Source: an uncultured Atopobium sp.
Lineage (GTDB): Bacteria; Actinomycetota; Coriobacteriia; Coriobacteriales; Atopobiaceae
Direction: 5' to 3'
Assembly: GCA_938036925.1 (NCBI GenBank)
Contig: CALHVU010000052.1
Location: 893 to 64,892 of the forward strand
Length of the DNA stretch: 64,000 nt
Part shown: piece after piece, positions 61,174-64,000 of the stretch
Layout of the letters: each line of letters starts with the position of its first letter
Position numbering within the stretch: the stretch's first letter is position 1
Position numbers and translations under genes: made by a program
Notes under the pieces: generated by a model
The model's database searches: none
What the model was told of the DNA's origin: nothing
Seen by the model: only the letters and a program-made list of their open reading frames with translations

Positions 61174-62466
61174 TTATGACCAGCGCTTTCCGTCTGGATC
61201 TAAATGAGAAAGCCAATTTATTTCATCCTGAATCTCTTGCCTTGATTCCTCGCTTTGATCCCAGTAGCCGCGTCCAACTGAAGTTGGCGCCATGTGGGTA
61301 AACATCCAGATGTTACCGGGATTTTGAAGTGCAGTTACAATTTCCGGATCACTTACTTTCTCTAATGCGAAATGTTCAAGTTTTCTGACATCCATAACAA
61401 CGCGTATATATTTATCTGTATAACGAGGGATGCCTATTGCAGCAACACGTTCGTCCCAATTTGGTGGATGAAGAAAAACTTTTGTACCCGGAGAAAAATG
61501 ACGTGTTCCATGAACTATACGTTTATCCTCACCAATCTTATTTTCATCTCTAACTTCTGCCGTAAGACACCATATCCATTCTGGAATATGAGGTGCCCTT
61601 TTTATGCATTTAGCAAGTGTTGCATAGAATTTCTCGATGTCTTCACCAATCGGGACCTGAGACATCTGTCCGTCAAAAAACCTATAACATTTCCAAATGC
61701 CCTCTTTTAACAAGATGAAATCGCAAGCATAAAACAAGTTCCAGGTAACATCCTGAAATGATCCAATAAGCTTTTTAGGTGGTTTGGGTAAATTGGGACA
61801 AATTGTTAAGGCATCAGGCTCTAGAGGACTTTCAAAAAATGCTTTACCTTCAAAATAAAAAACTCTCCAAGTCACAGGAATCTCATTACATGTAGCCTTT
61901 GTTACATATTCCTCAAAGAAAGCCCCACCAGTAAAGCAAATACCTTTTGCTTTCTCAAATTTTTTAGCAAGTTCTTTGCCCTCATTTCCAGAAAAATATC
62001 CTATAGCTAGGCTTTCATTCAAATCACTAAGAGGACCATCAGCATCTCTTACAACATAAACAGAAGGAAGGTGAGAACCATGACCACTTGAACCAAAACA
62101 TGCACCAACATTAATACTCTCTATTGCATAATCCCCTGATAAAGAATGTCCTCCCAAACCTCTTTCTTCAGGTCCGATTACACGCCAAGAATCAGTCAAA
62201 AGCCTATACCCTAAAGACAAAAGATCATGCTCTAGGCGTTTGTAATTTTCTCCAGACGTTGGATGACAGCGAAGAAACGTTGGCATGTCATGTCTTGGAG
62301 CTTTATCACAAATAAGTTCTTCGCCATTAAGATATGCCTCGTAATTAAAAAGATGAACATCAAACTGTGAAAACTCTTTTGCTGCCGACCACTCGTTATA
62401 CCAAACAGAATCAACAACATTAGGGTTTTCTGCAGAAGATTCGAACAACAGAGCAATTTGCTCCAT
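61174..62466 (-). CDS. ATP-grasp-domain protein (R2K/DUF4343-like) fused to an unrecognised ~130-aa C-terminal domain
   Basis: Pattern VDSVWYNEWSAAKEF..FDVHLFNYEAYL, TWRVFYFEGKAFF, ACDFILLKEGIWKCYRFFDGQMSQVP resembles the ...EWR.F...gk... / ...D.a....G.W.iiE..DGQ.SG.. ATP-grasp signature. AT-rich relative to its neighbours. Confidence 0.6.
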   Translation of the reverse strand: MEQIALLFESSAENPNVVDSVWYNEWSAAKEFSQFDVHLFNYEAYLNGEELICDKAPRHDMPTFLRCHPTSGENYKRLEHDLLSLGYRLLTDSWRVIGPEERGLGGHSLSGDYAIESINVGACFGSSGHGSHLPSVYVVRDADGPLSDLNESLAIGYFSGNEGKELAKKFEKAKGICFTGGAFFEEYVTKATCNEIPVTWRVFYFEGKAFFESPLEPDALTICPNLPKPPKKLIGSFQDVTWNLFYACDFILLKEGIWKCYRFFDGQMSQVPIGEDIEKFYATLAKCIKRAPHIPEWIWCLTAEVRDENKIGEDKRIVHGTRHFSPGTKVFLHPPNWDERVAAIGIPRYTDKYIRVVMDVRKLEHFALEKVSDPEIVTALQNPGNIWMFTHMAPTSVGRGYWDQSEESRQEIQDEINWLSHLDPDGKRWS

Positions 62467-62480
62467 TACATTCTCCTTTA

Positions 62481-62520
62481 AAAAATGGCATCTCCATGCA
62501 ATATGAAGATGCCAAAAAAG
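62481..62520 (-). terminator. Intrinsic-terminator-like hairpin immediately upstream of the ATP-grasp RBS (possible attenuator)
   Basis: Minus strand reads CTTTTTTGGCATCT-TCATATTGCATGG-AGATGCCATTTTTT, then AAAGGAGAATGTA-ATG. Confidence 0.55.
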
Positions 62521-62708
62521 ATAATTGGCTCTCTTGAGCCCGCACTATCCAGTACGCAATTTAGTAGCATTATTTTACATCAAATGAGAAGTGACGCGAG
62601 ATAGTAAACTTAATCAAATATACGCCAAACAAAAAAACGAGACCGATTCCCGACAAGCAACTGCCCGGGCGTATCTCGTTTTTTATCAGTCTATGTAATC
62701 GTTAGCGC

Positions 62709-63431
62709 TTAGTCAAACCAGATCTTTACAACATCACCGTCTGCGGAAGTAATATCCACAAGTGTGCCACTCTCGCCAGTCTTTGCAGCGTCCATAAGCG
62801 CATCAAGATTGATGTTAGAGAGCTGCTCCTGAGTCTCCTGATTAAGATAGCTTCCGCTGACCTGAATTCCTGAATTCAAAACAAACTTTGCCAAGCCCAG
62901 AGGCACGCACATATCAACAACGTCGCCGTCGTCGGAGACTACATACACGTGCAGACCGTGCTTTGCAGAACCGTTGCCCAGGCGAACGCCCTTCTTCTTG
63001 CTACCATCAGCCTCGTCGTTCTTCTCGACTTTGATCATGCTCTTACCAAAAAGCTTGCCAAAGCTGAAACCTGAAGACTGAGTAGCAATACCCTGGCTGA
63101 CTTGCTCGGTGGACTCTTCTACGATCTCCACGGGCTCGTCAGCTGCTACGGAAACAACCTCAGCAGTGCTCTTCTCGGCAGCACTCTCTTGGGCAGCGAC
63201 ACTCTCCTGAGCGGAAGCACTTGCACCACTCAAAAGCTCATCAACGGATACGCCAAGGAAGCGCGCAAGATCTGGCAACAGCGAGATATCTGGGTAGTTA
63301 ATGTCGTTCTCCCATTTGCTCACCGCCTGCGGGCTCACGTTCAGCTCTTTTGCCAGACGCTCCTGCGTTGCAGTTTTAGTCAAACGAAGACGTGCAATGC
63401 GACGACCAAGGGTCTCAGATGAAGTAGTCAT
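62709..63431 (-). CDS. XRE-family HTH regulator with a C-terminal beta-rich domain
   Basis: LGRRIARLRLTKTATQERLAKELNVSPQAVSKWENDINYPD HTH_3 motif, acidic linker, C-terminal ...DGDVVKIWFD. Confidence 0.85.
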   Translation of the reverse strand: MTTSSETLGRRIARLRLTKTATQERLAKELNVSPQAVSKWENDINYPDISLLPDLARFLGVSVDELLSGASASAQESVAAQESAAEKSTAEVVSVAADEPVEIVEESTEQVSQGIATQSSGFSFGKLFGKSMIKVEKNDEADGSKKKGVRLGNGSAKHGLHVYVVSDDGDVVDMCVPLGLAKFVLNSGIQVSGSYLNQETQEQLSNINLDALMDAAKTGESGTLVDITSADGDVVKIWFD

Positions 63432-63681
63432 AGTTGCTCCTTTTTTCTCAACTCATTATTACTGAAATAGCTTGCGGGCCGCTGATTTCACTATGAGTCG
63501 TAACAATACGTTCAACAAGAACGCATCAGTTGAGTTGGGTATCGCAACGGTTTCCAGCCACTCAACAGCAGGTTGAGTTCGCAGGTAAACTATGCTTTTT
63601 GACCGAAAATTACTTGCTCTAAAATCATTCTCCCACTACCATTTAAACAAGAAACTTTTGATGTTTGAGAAAGGTCTGTCT

Positions 63682-64000
63682 ATGGCTGGCGAGAAGAACT
63701 GGGTGTTCTGGACCAGTGGTGCGCATATTGTTTCTGGTTTTGAGCAATGCGCTACAGACGGTTTTGTTGGCGTTGACGCAGATGGCGTCGTGTACCTCTT
63801 TGATAACAATCAAAACGTCTTTGCTTCAGCCCACGCTTCAGATATTGAAGGAACAGTCGGTAGCTGGAGAGGAACCTGGCTTACCATTGACGATAAAAGA
63901 TATGTTCTAGAATTTGTGCCTCTTGCAGATAAGATTGCTCCTCGCCTGATTTTTGGAGCCATAAGCAATGTCTTTCTGCAGGAGCTCCATCACGGAGATC
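63682..64000 (+). CDS. Hypothetical protein, 3' end outside the window
   Basis: Absent from the ORF track (no stop inside the window). ATG at 63682 follows GAGAAAGG. Frame is open for 106 codons to the window edge: MAGEKNWVFWTSGAHIVSGFEQCATDGFVGVDADGVVYLF... Divergent from the XRE gene. Confidence 0.55.
   Translation, partial: MAGEKNWVFWTSGAHIVSGFEQCATDGFVGVDADGVVYLFDNNQNVFASAHASDIEGTVGSWRGTWLTIDDKRYVLEFVPLADKIAPRLIFGAISNVFLQELHHGD

Overview
64-kb chromosomal segment from a Gram-positive, anaerobe-like genome of about 50% GC. Gene content fits an Actinomycetota/Coriobacteriia-type organism, but I cannot verify that here. I support about 57 protein genes plus one tRNA-Asp(GTC). Recognisable content: a Mn/Zn-type ABC importer; an SDR-KdgT-AraC sugar-acid module; cell-envelope enzymes (YidC-like domain fused to a TagF-like domain, LtaS-like sulfatase, GDPD, OatA-like acyltransferase, GH25 muramidase); metal and redox genes (CPC P-type ATPase, COG0523 GTPase, ferritin, rubrerythrin, Rrf2 regulator); and a housekeeping block (xthA, folP-folK, coaX, rpmE, dnaX, ybaB, recR, ettA, trmB, ansA, CBS-pyrophosphatase, sirtuin). 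No CRISPR array, integrase, transposase, reverse transcriptase or recognisable defence operon was seen. The most unusual signal lies in the DNA itself rather than in any gene. (1) The word GGCGAGAAACCC occurs 10 times exactly, and its 11-mer core 16 times, where about 0.01 exact 12-mer copies are expected by chance. It is always sense-oriented inside genes, occupies several reading frames, and forms inverted pairs at gene ends, which is how DNA uptake sequences behave. (2) There are several families of structured intergenic repeats: elements built as direct repeat 1, direct repeat 2, inverted repeat; a 44-nt perfect palindrome family; and phased 11/18/20-bp arrays, two of which reiterate a gene's 3' end including its stop codon. 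Gene-level oddities: the YidC-TagF fusion; two AT-rich islets (an orphan prepilin peptidase, and an ATP-grasp fusion behind a leader terminator next to an XRE regulator); a bacterial Pth2; a BirA-like protein lacking the catalytic loop; L31 with a long tail; and two small ORFs absent from the ORF track. All family assignments come from motif recognition by eye, not from database searches.
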